Shown one piece after another: positions 42,026-54,545 of a stretch of DNA of 64,000 bases. Each line of letters starts with the position of its first letter. Position 1 is the stretch's first letter. The stretch lies in assembly GCF_006345805.1 (NCBI RefSeq), contig NC_043008.1, forward strand, positions 43,276,001 to 43,340,000. The letters are read 5' to 3'. The notes beneath the pieces were generated by a model. The model had not been told where the DNA came from, made no database searches, and saw nothing but the letters and a program-made list of their open reading frames with translations. Source of the stretch: Octopus sinensis. Its lineage: Eukaryota. A program made the position numbers and the translations under genes.

Positions 42026-43344
42026 TTGTCGGCCTGTCTCTCTGTCTGTCTGTCTATCTAATATATATATATATATATATATGCATGTGTGCGTGTGTAT
42101 GTATGTATGTATGTGTGTATGCATGTAGCACAACGCCGTTAGACTTCCCTCTCATTTCAATGGCATCTCTAATGCTCTCGTCCCGCCCACCCTTAAAATG
42201 ATAATGATCGCATAGATTATGATGATGATGATGATGATATTGTTGTTGTTGTTGCTAATGCTGATGAAGATTATGATGATGATGATGATGATGATGATGA
42301 TATGATGATGATGATGACGGCGACTAATTTCTCGTTCAGTGAAAACGAGAAGCAGAAAGAGAGAGCAATATTGATTGTGAGCGTGGTGTAACAGTGTGAA
42401 GGTGGTGGTCATGGTGGGAGGAGCTCTTTTGTTTCACTTCATTCATTAATGTTACAGAGAAGAATATGTGGTGGCGTTGGTGGTGATAGTGCTCATGGTG
42501 GTCATGGTGGTCATGGTGGGGTTGGTGGTAGAACGGGAAGGGGAGGAAACAGCGCAGATGGTGCTTGTATTTAGGGGTATATTAAGTCTCTCTAGCTGTT
42601 GCGACGTTGATGCTGATGATGATGATGACGACGACGACAATGATAATGATGATGATGTCGATGGTGATGATGATGATGATGATGTTGATGATGATGAAGA
42701 TGATGATGATGATGATGAGGAGGAGGAGGAGGAAGATGAGAAACATCTTCAACCGGGACATGAAAATGATAACAATGGTAAGGAGGAGGAGGAGGAAGAG
42801 GATGATGGTGGGGTGGGTGGTGGTGGTGGTGGTGATAATAACGTCGTACTCATTAGCATGATGATGTTGATGCTGCTGCTACCGCTGTTACTGATAACCG
42901 TGATGATGATGGAGTGGTGGTGGTGGTGGTGGCGGTGGTAAAGGTTGATGCTCTTGGTGATTTGACTCAATCGTTGTCATGCAAGAAATATCGATCTTAA
43001 CCCTATAAATCACACAGTCGAAACGACCCATCGATTGCTAGATAGAATTCGGTGGTTCCTTACCATTGACTTCATCAGTGTTCCTCAAGTGTTTCATCTG
43101 CTCCTCCAATCACATCAAACTACGGGTGGCGGCCTCCTTCCGTTGCCTGCCTCCTCAAGAAGCATCGCACCGCCAATCCATTGACCTTGCGGAATCGCTC
43201 TTTCGTAATGACCTTAAGCATGCTATAGAGATAAACACCACCACGATCACCACCACTAGTGGCAGCAATGCTACCGAAACCACTGCCACAATAACACACC
43301 ACCACCACCACCACCACCACTAGCAGTATCACCACAACCGAAAC

Positions 43345-44155
43345 CACCGCCACCACCATTCTTTCCAGCTATCTAATACTTTCCTAATTATTCTAGTCTT
43401 GTCAAGGAGGCAAATCTTTGCTAACAATTCTCCTGGGCACTCTATTCCGATTTCCTCCTTTATATTCCCCTTGGTCCCTTCTGACACTGTCCCCAAGGAC
43501 TTAACAATAATTGGCACTATCTTCACCTTCTTCCTTTTCCAAAGCCAGGCTATTTCGTACTTAAGAGGGTTCTATCTATCTTTTCGCCTTCCTTCTTGTC
43601 TATTCGTGGGTCAAAAGGGCATACAACATCAACGATATAGCATATGTAGTGCATCTTGTCCACCGCCACTCGGTCCGTTCCGTTATGCTCCAGCATCTGA
43701 GCTGTTTGGATTAGGAAATCCCAGAGAATTTTGCTAGTCTCCGACTCTGTTACTCTCTGCAGTTTGTGCTCAAAGCATCTCTTGTCCCTCTCAAGCCCCC
43801 ACTTTTCGCACAGTTTCCAATGTAGCACTTTCACTACCTTATCGCGTCGCCACAACTTGTTGTGGTCTTGAGCAAGTCTAGGGCATTCGTTCGTGGTATG
43901 GCCAATGGTTTCATCTATTACAGATGCGGCGCAGTAGTGACACTTGCTTATTCCTAAGGTTGACCCCCCACCCCAATTTGTGGCCAAAGCTTGGTCTTGC
44001 GCTGCCAGTATCATGCTCTCACTCTCTTTTCCAGTGTTCCATTATAATTATTTTGGTTTGGCTCAAGTTCGGTCCTATTCCTCGTAGGATTTATGTGGGT
44101 ACCTGTAACCTTAGGTATCCACAAGTTTTCAGCAGCCTATCAAATGCTTGGAACC
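43345..44155 (-). mobile_element. R4-type 3' fragment (CCHC + RLE), third lineage
   Basis: MILAAQDQALATN...KCHYC...ETIGHTTNECPRL...VLHWKLCEKWG...KILWDFLIQT...CYIVDVVCPFDPRIDKKEGEK...IVPIIVKSLGTV...TRIIRKVLD. Confidence 0.9.
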
Positions 44156-44353
44156 CTCCTGATAATCATCATCAGCATCAGCAGCAGCAACATCATTCCA
44201 TCAGGGTCGATTTTGCATTTCGTCCCTTCAGGATCGATAAAATAAGTACCGGTTGAGCACTGGAGGACGACGTAATCGATTTAGCCCATCCCCAAATTTT
44301 TAGCCTTGTACCAAAGTTTGAAACCATCATCATCATCGTCATCATCATCATCG

Positions 44354-44403
<50 letters not shown>

Positions 44404-44480
44404 GGCATCGTCATCATCATCATCGTCGTTGTCGTCGTCATCATCATCATCATCATCATCACCACCACCACCACCACTAC

Positions 44481-44522
<42 letters not shown>

Positions 44523-44920
44523 GTTCGTCGTCATCATCATCATCATGTGAAATGAATCGAGTTAAAGGCTATAGACGACCAAAACAATATCTACCAACAA
44601 TTAATTGAACTGGAAACGTATTTTGTTTTAAATTTCCTTTCTCCCCGAGCAACACTTTTCACTCAATGTATCATCGTTTGTAGAATTGTTGTAGTTGTTG
44701 CCAAATAAACAGAGCAGAAGTTGTAGAGTGTCTTAACCAAGCTTTTCCATCTTCTTTTATGGAATTCTGCCAACTTCGACACTCTTCCAGTTTGGACCAA
44801 AAGGTTTAACTTTCTTTCTCGAAACAAATAGGAAATAATCTTTTAAGTCAGGAATATCGAAATCCAATTTCGGAATCACCAAAAGACTCTTGCAATTGTA
44901 ATCTTTAAAATATTGTCAAC

Positions 44921-45213
44921 AAGGCACAGGAGTAGCCATATAGGTGCAAGGGTGGCGATATAGGCGCGGCGATACTGGCGCGGCTATGTAGGCGAAGCTA
45001 TATAGGCGCAGGAGTTGCTATATAGGAGCAGGAGTAGTTATATAGGCGCAGGTGTGGCTGTGTAGTAAAAAGCTTGCTTCTCAACCTGATGGTTCCGAGT
45101 TCAATCTCGTTGCGTAGCATCTTGGGCAAGTGTCTTCCCCTATAGCCTCGGGCTGACAAAAGCCTTATGAGTAGATTTGGTAAACGGAAACTGAAAGAAG
45201 CCCCAAGCTTGTT
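44921..45213 (+). mobile_element. SINE family A head preceded by tandem copies of its first ~20 bp
   Basis: About 7 units related to TATAGGCGCAGGAGTGGCT lead into the normal head at 45041. Confidence 0.85.
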
Positions 45214-45339
45214 TCTCGGCGTTCGCTACCTCACCTCGTTTAGGGTTAGCAGCCCTTCCTGTTTGTTTCCACTGTCCTGTCTTTGTTACGAGTTTCACCC
45301 TCCGCAAAATCCCAAATTTTATTCAGTTTGCTTTGCAGG

Positions 45340-45575
45340 GGCAACTGTTTTAGCGAAGGCATATCTTGTCGTGAATTGCTCGAAATACGGATTAGAAAAA
45401 CAGCCGACAACTGATGAAGGGTCGTTCGTTATGTTACTTGTCATGTTTTCCATTTGTTTCTTTCGTTGTTGCAAAAAAAAAGTTCATATTCCATGTATTC
45501 GTAGTTAGTATCTCATGTTTTCGTTTTTTATGTTGTTTACGTTCCGTGACGTCCTGTGCCCACATATGCATATGT
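45340..45575 (+). repeat. Dispersed repeat (possibly a Penelope-like terminus); related copies at 48086-48334
   Basis: gaaaaacagccgacaactgatgaagggtcgttc...cgtgacgtcctgtgcccacatatg matches the minus-strand copy at 48086-48280. The family assignment is inference. Confidence 0.6.
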
Positions 45576-46557
45576 ATATTCGTATAGATGTAATTATGTA
45601 CATATACGTATGTATATGTACATATATATTTCTTTACTACCCACAAGGGTATATGTACATATATATACACAAACACAGACACAAAGACACACACATGCAT
45701 ATATATATATATATATATATACATGTATATGCATGTGTATGTCTTTGTGTCTGTATTTGTCGCGCACCATCGCTCGACAACCGATGTTGGTGTGTTTACG
45801 TCCTCGTAACTTAGCGGTTCGGCAGACAGACTGATACAAAGTTCCGGGGTCGATTTCTCCGACTAAAAGGTGGTGCTCCGGCATGGCCACAGTTAAATGA
45901 GTGAAATACATGAAAGAGTAAAACGATATTTTATACATGATCAGAGGGAACTGCTAGAAATAACAGCCAAATCGTCATCGAGTCACACTTTACAGTTTAG
46001 AAAATAAAAGTGCACTCAAGATACGCCAGGTCTGAAAATATAGACGTGATGGTCACGTTTGGTTGGGTGAGAGTTGGTCCAATTTACTAAGCAACAATAG
46101 CTGTCGCAATGTACAGAATATCTGTGTAATAAGAATCGATGTTGGTAATATCAGGAAATATGGCATGCATAGAATATAATTGAAGTTTTATTAAATTTCT
46201 TGATGGTTTATGGTGGAATAGGATGAAATGAAGATTCATTTTCAAAAGCGAACAAAAAATATTTATTACTTTAAAATTAAATTAAAAGAAATTTCGCAGT
46301 CTCCTCCTCCACCTACTCCTTCTCTTCCGCTGCCGCGCCGCCGTCTCTTCTTCTTCTTCTTCTTCTCTTCTTCTTCTTCTTCTTCTTCTTCTCCTCCTCC
46401 TCCTCCTCCCCCCTCCTCTCAACCTTTCTCCTTACTCATCCTGCACAACTCATGTTACTCTCTCTCTGGATATAACAACCATCCAACCAGCCAGCCAACC
46501 AGCCAATATTCAAGTATAGTGTTATTGGATGCTCAGGAAAGGAAAGAAGGAAGGAGG

Positions 46558-46592
46558 GTTTAACGTTTCGAGCGGAGCTCTTCGTCAGAAAC
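46558..46592 (-). ncRNA. Minimal type I hammerhead ribozyme (Penelope-type), intact core
   Basis: Minus strand: GTTT-CTGACGA-A-GAGC tcc GCTC-GAAAC-GT-T-AAAC. Stem I is GUUU/AAAC, the core is CUGANGA, stem II is 4 bp, stem III is loopless and palindromic (AACGUU), and the cleavage triplet is GUU. Confidence 0.7.
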
Positions 46593-46991
46593 ATAGGAAA
46601 AGGAAAGATCCAAAGAAGGGAAGACGGAGTAAATATATGTATATATATATATATATATATAAAAACAGTTTGATTCAGACCCTTTGGTACTCTGAGTTTC
46701 TTTGGCCATTGGAGTCTGAATGAGAGTTCGATTGAAGAGAGTCAATGATTGCCTCTGATTGGTCAAGAAAGGTCACGGGGCATAGCGGTTTGGTGTCCGT
46801 ATTTCAATGACAACAGTTGGTTGGAAAATGCCGCACTGTGAACAGGAAATCGACCGCGTGGTGGACAAGAGATTGGTCGAGTGGCTGGAGGGAAGTAGGA
46901 AGGGCCGGTAGATGTGAAGTGGTGGTGGCGTATGCGTATTTATGTTCATGTAAATGTCCATATATCTGCGTGTATGCATCCGAACTTACAC

Positions 46992-47024
<33 letters not shown>

Positions 47025-47263
47025 TAGATACATATATTCACACAGCCGACCCACCCAACCCATCTAAGAGTAGTAAATAAGTTAATTTTAACAATTGGAT
47101 TTCCATGGGCTTACGGTCGTTTCGCAATCCTCTTCGTTTAATAATAATTTCAGTGTGAAACAAATTATTTTACATGTTTGCACTAATACGCATGCTGCGC
47201 ATTGCACATTCAACTCTCAGAGTTGAGGAATTGTGGTTGCCTTGATTTCCTGATCGAATGACT

Positions 47264-47264
<1 letters not shown>

Positions 47265-47356
<92 letters not shown>
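47265..47356. repeat. Perfect (GATA)n array
   Basis: Direct reading. Confidence 0.97.
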
Positions 47357-47399
47357 CCAAGTATATCACTGCAGATTTGTTAACTGTTTTCTTCACTTC

Positions 47400-47790
47400 T
47401 CTCAGAATGACTCTTTTGGTGCCAAGATTGGTCATTCGCAGAAGATTTGAGCACCACATTGTCAGATATGGAAGTTTGGAAAACTATGGCAATCAGTTTC
47501 TGTCCTACTTCAGTAGTTTAACCAAATATCAATTAAATTTGTCTTTGGAATTCCTTTCAAGGACTCCATTTCCCACTTTGAATAGGTGGATGGCATACTC
47601 GCCAACGGAACTCGAATGGTTTAAAGAAAAAGTGCTAATTTGGCAGTTCTGGCAGACATTACGCCAAATTCTTGTTGAAGGATATTAAATTAGTAATAAA
47701 TATGTTACATGCCACAAGAAATGTTTTCTTTCACACCAGTTTTTTTCGTAAATAGCTGTTCTTTTGCATTTTTCTGAACACATTACTGAT
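47400..47790 (+). mobile_element. Possible old mariner C-terminal fragment
   Basis: SLEFLSRTPF...ELEWFKEK..IWQFWQTL..LVEGY* loosely resembles the end of mariner transposases; heavily degenerate. Confidence 0.3.
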
Positions 47791-48037
47791 ACACAAACCC
47801 CCTCTCTTCTTCTATCAACAAAATGTACGCAATAGAACAATGGATTTCTCGAAGTATTCTTCGTCTGCTACTCAAATATTTCTCATCCATATTATGTTGC
47901 ATTCTTATTTTCATATTTTGTATTCGTTATATTCGTTCATAGCAATTTTATTCATTATATATATATGTATGGAAGTATGTATATATATGCATATATACAT
48001 ACATATATGTACATACTTACATCTATACGTATATATA

Positions 48038-48080
<43 letters not shown>

Positions 48081-48867
48081 ATATGCATATGTGGGCACAG
48101 GACGTCACGAAACGTGTACAACAAAAATTACGAAAGTACGAGTACATGGAATATGAACTATTTTTTCGAACAACGAAAGACACATATGGAAAACAAGACA
48201 AACAACATAAAGAACGACTCTTCATCAGTTGTTGGCTGTTTTTCTACCCTCATATTTTGTTGTTAAATGTTCGAAATACTCGTGGTCTCTATTTTTTACT
48301 GTACACGTTTCGTGACGTCCTGTGCCTACATATGTATGTATGCATATATGTATGTATGTATACGTATAGATGTATGTACATGTACGTATGTATATATGCA
48401 TATATATATATTATATATATATATACATACATACATACACACACACACATATATATATACATACACACACACATACAATATATTGCTACCATTATATGTT
48501 TCTCTCACCAGCTTCGTGCTCGCAACTAAATATTTATTTTGTTTCCAAAATGTTTTTTCTATTACAACTTATAAACCAAATAACAGAACCAATTTATTAA
48601 AGATTCTTCTGTAAACATTTAAAACGTTTTGTCCTGCAATTTTTTTTTAATAATCTTCCAATATCGGCAACGAGAAACTATTGGTTAAATATCAGTTTCA
48701 AATATATTACAACTATTTTAGTTAGAGTATCGAGTTCTATCTATCGCCTACATGTTGATATATTAAAGAATTGAAAAATATTTCACTCGAAATTGATATA
48801 TATATATATATATATATATATGTCACATACACCTACGTACGTGTATGTATGTATGTATGTATGTATG

Positions 48868-48900
<33 letters not shown>

Positions 48901-49259
48901 GATGGATTGAATATATTTGTACGTAATAGAGTGGAGATGTCACTACAAGAAACGAAGAACAATGAAATTCTTCACAGCAAGAAATATAAATATTCTTAAT
49001 ATAGATATCTGCATTTATTGAAAGTCGCCATAATGTCATTCGTTCATTTATTCAGAAAAACCATTCTGAGAATATATGAGATCGTATTTCTCTTAGCAAC
49101 TCTTTTCCATAGCAGCAGCAACGGAACTTACATCTGTGAATAAGTTCTGGGATTTTTGTTCTATCGAGTTCCGATCTTAATTTAGAAATTTTGGGGGAAA
49201 AAATTGTAAAATTGTCAATACTGTTTTTGAACAGCTTCATTTATTAATGTCTGTCTGCC

Positions 49260-49302
<43 letters not shown>

Positions 49303-49691
49303 ATGTGTGTATGTATGTATGTATGTATGTATGTATGCGTAAATAAATTATTTGTATACACATTAGGGATTCGCTAAACCATCCGTAGATTTCTATGGCG
49401 TAGACAAATATTCTTGAGAGTGACCGTCGTCCGGAATCAGCCGAGTCGGGCCGATCCCACTGAATACTAACCGATCAGTCTGAGAATATGTCGATCGCTT
49501 CTTTTCGGGCGATTGCTGTCCCTGTCGGCAAGTATGTAGACAATTATGTGCGCTGACTTCAGCATTAGAGCGTTTAGCTCTTATTTCTAGCAATGTAGGT
49601 ATTTATAACATCTTCAGTCATATTTAATGATTGTTATAGTTCTCCTCGTTGGTACGCATTTGCTTACTGGTGCCTAAATAAATTATATATG

Positions 49692-49722
<31 letters not shown>

Positions 49723-49728
<6 letters not shown>

Positions 49729-49975
49729 TATGCAGGAAGTAAATAGACACCTTTAATTTTCAAAATCTTTTATTTGATAATAATTAGTTGAAGGAGAGCT
49801 TTCCTTCTAGCTGCTCGTCCATAATACCCAAGCTTATGCAGATATATAACAGATGTTCTTGGACTAACTTCTAGCTGTTTTGCAATGTCAGAAGCCTTCG
49901 AACGGGGTTCTATTCCACAATTCTCTTCAAACAGCGAAGCTTCTTTTCCGAGAGCACAGGTCAGCTGAAATGATA
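49723..49975 (-). mobile_element. Internally deleted Tc1-like transposon
   Basis: Minus strand LSEKKLRCLKRIVE*NPRSKASDIAKQLEVSPRTSVIYLHKLGYYGRAARRKALL (second HTH plus GRxARxKP-type NLS). It joins a TIR-like end CACAGATATGCAGGAAGTAAATAGACACC abutting a (TA)n tract. Confidence 0.8.
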
Positions 49976-50404
49976 ATCTGTTGATTCTTTTCCTTGGCTT
50001 TCGAATTGCACTATATTGGGTGGGGTGGGGTGTTTATTCGGTATTAGCAATGGAAGCAGAATTAGTTCAAAATAGCATTTTGTAGATCTTACTTCAGGTG
50101 GGTTTATTGTAGAAAGCCAGGAAACGGTGGTTTTAATCTCAAGAAAGCATCTCACGCAAATTAATTGCGCTAAAAAGCAGAGAAGTATATCATCTGTCGG
50201 CAAAAAGTATTTCGCAGCTAAGCATGTATTTCTGCTTCTTTGATCGTCACCCGTAGCATGAAACAACGGCGTAAGAATAGAATACGTACACCCGGTGTTT
50301 AGGGTTAGGGTTATTTTAGTGTTTTTGTTACGCCGAAAACAGGTTGTGTACGTATTCTTTACCTCCGCCGAAACAACTATCAGTTGAGGTTAAATTTATC
50401 TAAG

Positions 50405-50750
50405 TATGTGTGCGGAAAATGTTCGCTTGTCACCACAAAAAGTGATAAATATCTGGGTATCAAGATACAAAGTAAATATGGCTGACCGGAAATACAGACT
50501 TCATAAATAAATAAACCCAGATGACGTCGGGTGAAAATTGTTGGTTTATTAACACAAAATAGAGATAAATATTTCGTTATCAAAGATACGCAGAAAAATA
50601 ACTGATCAGAAATTCAGATTTCAATGCAACAAAGAATACAGCAATATGACAGTCTTGTGGAAATTTCATTTGTAATCACAGAAAAAATAAATACTTTGAT
50701 GTCAAGATATGAAGATAAATAACTGACCAGAAATACGGAATTCAATTGTA
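50405..50750. repeat. Three diverged ~123-bp tandem units
   Basis: Recurring ...cac(a)aaaa..gataaata...atcaagata....aaata.ctga(c/t)c.gaaat.c.ga.ttca. Confidence 0.7.
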
Positions 50751-51561
50751 TCAACTTTTTCATTCGTTTCATTATAAATGTGTCCAAAAGTTCCTTGTAG
50801 AAATCGTCATTTAACGGCAGTGAGTTCTTATTCTTCTTTTTCGTTTTCTTCTCTTCGACTGGAGGGTCTCGTCTGGACGTTCAAACCTCGACTCACTCGT
50901 TGCTTCTCGCCCTTGCGTCTCTCTCTAACTCGTTAAATACACGTCACTACGACACGTGACGAAGCACGTCACCACACTGTGGTTACTACAGGACGCTAAC
51001 TACTGATGACGCTCAAAGAAGCAGAAACCCAGATTTAGCCATTCCAACACCACAACCGAGCGCTTCTCGTCTGCTACTGATATATTTCTGTGCCTTTTAA
51101 CACTGTACGCTCTACGAGAATGCTTCCGCAAGACGAATACTGCAGATTTTTGATTTTCCACAGTATATATACGTTAAGATATACAGAATTTATATCTATA
51201 TCTGTATCTACCTACCTCCCTATCTGTCTGTCTATGTTATGTATGTATGTATGTATGTATGTATGTATGTATGTATGTATGTATGTATGTATGTACGTAT
51301 GTATGTATGTATCGAAGTGATTTTACTACTACTATTAATTTTTTTACTATAATCATTTCTTAAATATATCCACGAAACACGTGTCGTTATTCTACCAATT
51401 ATATACGTTTTTATTATTTTTTGGCAATTTACTTAATCATTGGTATTTTATTGCTATTTTAATTTTAATATTTTTATTATATGTAATTTTCTAGATGGTG
51501 TAATATAATTGTTCATTTTGAATTGATAAAAGGTGAGTTTTTTCTAATTTATATATATATA

Positions 51562-51596
<35 letters not shown>

Positions 51597-52344
51597 AGTG
51601 TGTGCGTGTGTGTGTATGCGTGCATGTGTGTGCATGTATATATATGTATTATCTGCATACAAGTATGTACTTTTTTATATGTGCGTACGTGCGTGTACAG
51701 GTTTGAGTGTGTGTATGTGTGTCTGTGTGTCTGTTTGCGTATGTGTATCTGTGTGTGTGTGTGTGTGTATGTATGTAGATGTGTGTGTGTGCCTACTGTT
51801 CTCTCTCCAGTTCAGGTCCCATTAGTTCACACCTCCCCCCTCCGCCCCCGATCATCTTTTATATAAAACAGACAAACCTTTTATTGACCAGCTTTACTCA
51901 ATTGGCAATTTGACAAGCGTTCCTCTTCCATTGCAATTATTACAGCGTTGCCTGTTCTTATATTTTATGGCTAGAAACTCCCTTCGTGTATATCTCCTTG
52001 TTTATGGCATACAGCCGCTTGCTATCGCATCTTAATGAGATATATTTATGTTCTCATTAATGGTTTTGCTTAATAGCTTTCGTCAAGAGATTCCTGAGAA
52101 CTTCAAATTATATGTTGCCTTCTCTCGTTCGTTCCTTAGCCCCGAGTCATGCTTCATGTAACAGATCCGTTGCCGAAGGCTTTCACCATTCCTCACCATT
52201 CCAATATATAATTTAAATACAGTCCAGCTAGAAATAAATTGTCGAGTTTCTTTTGCTATTTTTAGCATGGCAGAGTGTAGATTAATGGAGAGTTTGGCTG
52301 CTCTTTCTGCCAAACAGACTGACTACTTAGGGGTTCAATATGCA

Positions 52345-53056
52345 GCTTTCAGACTTATTAACAATATGCAAGCATATACATACATGCATGCATACATATA
52401 TACATACATACATGCATAAATACATACATGCATGCATACATATATACATAATATACATACATACATACATACATACATACATACATACTTGCATGGATGC
52501 ATACATACATACATATATATACATACATACATACATACAACATACATACATACATACATACATACATACATAATACATACATACATACATACTACATACA
52601 TACATACATAAATACATACATACATACATACGTACATACATACATACATAAATACATACATACATATATACATACATACATGCATAAATACATACATACA
52701 TACATACATACATACATACATACGTACAACATACAACATACATACATACATACATAAATACATACATACGTACATACATAATACATAAATACATACATAC
52801 ATAAATACATACATACGTACATAATACATACATACATAAAACATACATACATACAACATACATACATATACATACATACATAAATACATACATACGTACA
52901 TACATACATACATAAATACATACATAAATACATACATACATGCATAAATACATACATACATACTACATACATACATACATACATACATACATACATACAT
53001 ACGTACATAATACATACATAATACATACATACATGCATAATACATACATACATACA

Positions 53057-53090
<34 letters not shown>

Positions 53091-53255
53091 CATACATACA
53101 TACATACATAAATACATACATACATACATGCATACATACATACTACATACATACATACATACATACATACATACATACATACATGCATACGTACATACAT
53201 ACATACATACATAAATACATACATACATATATACATACATATATACGTACATACA

Positions 53256-53289
<34 letters not shown>

Positions 53290-53308
53290 CGTACATACAT
53301 ACATACAT
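52345..53308. repeat. ~960-bp (TACA)n array
   Basis: Direct reading; source of the 200-320 aa MYVC ORFs. Confidence 0.97.
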
Positions 53309-53838
53309 ATGAGTAATATGTGTGCGTTTGTGTGTATGGTATACATGTGTATATATATATGTGTGTGTGTGTATCTATGTCATTCTATCTCTCTCTCTCT
53401 ATATATATATATATGTATATATATATATAATGCACACAGCATACACGCACACACAACGCATGTGTGTATTTATGTCTGTCTGTATGTATCTGTGAAGGAA
53501 CTGGCATTAATCCTCTTATGAGATGAAGTTATTTTTACAGCAACACCTCATATCAAACACCCATACACCGACACAGCAACATACCAGTGTGCGTATATAT
53601 ACATACACACACATATATATATGATTGTGTATATGTATATATCATTGACAAAAGAGATAAGAAAGCGGCGAAGGGTGTGAGGAGTTTCCAAGACGTTTAT
53701 AAGGAAAGAGATATCAGTTGAAGTGCCAAGTCAGTCCGGTATCATCCGCACAGCTCGAAGCAAGGTGAATAAAATGAAAATAAGGTGTTGCTTATTTTGA
53801 TTTTATATATGTGTGTGTGTGTGTACATATATATGTAC

Positions 53839-53919
<81 letters not shown>

Positions 53920-54191
53920 ATATATATTTTGGAGATGTACTTGCATAGCGAGTGACTGATCTGAGATCGTGTGCTGGAAGCTTTGTCAGTGAACAGGTCG
54001 CGGTCTCAAAGCGACGAAAATATTTTGACAAATTAAACTTAAATGTTGAAGTGAATCTAACGGTTTTGTGTGTTTCTTAAATGGCTTATAAACACCTTCC
54101 ACGCTGCAGTTGTTATATATATATATACATACACATATAATATATATGTATATACACATGCACACACACAGACACCCACAGATCAGGCTGA

Positions 54192-54545
54192 AAGTCAAAG
54201 TCGACCTCGGTGGAATTTGAACTCAGAACGTAAAAGACGGACGAAATACCGCTAAGCATTGTGCCCGGCTGCTAACGATTCTGCCAGTTCGCCGCCTTTC
54301 TGTTGACAATATATATATTATTATCAAGGCAGCGATCTGGCAGAAACGTTAGCACGCCGGGCACAATGCTTAGCGGTATTTCGTCCGTCTTTTACGTTCT
54401 GAGTTCAAATTCCACCGAGGTCGACTTGGCTTTTCATTCTTTCGGCGTCGATAAATTAAGTACCAGTTGCATACTGGGATCAATCTAATCGACTTGCTCA
54501 CTCCCCAAAGATTTCGGGCCTTATGCCTAGAGTATAAAAGAATAT
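54192..54545. mobile_element. Head-to-head inverted pair of SINE family B copies
   Basis: Minus copy 54192-54298 and plus copy 54326-54545, with a 27-bp spacer. Confidence 0.92.

Noticed and set aside
42468-42941. Acidic D/E-rich 157-aa ORF (and 38841-39308)
   Set aside because: Built entirely from GAT/GAG/GTG trinucleotide arrays; no splice or domain support.
50430-50470. KYLGIKI, resembling an RT motif
   Set aside because: It lies in one unit of a non-coding triplication; the other units and the flanks show no RT motifs.
52327-53521. Long ORFs (200-320 aa, MYVC/HTYI repeats) and the many similar YI/VC/HT ORFs across the window
   Set aside because: They are translations of (TACA)n, (TA)n, (TG)n and (CA)n microsatellites, which lack stops in some frames.
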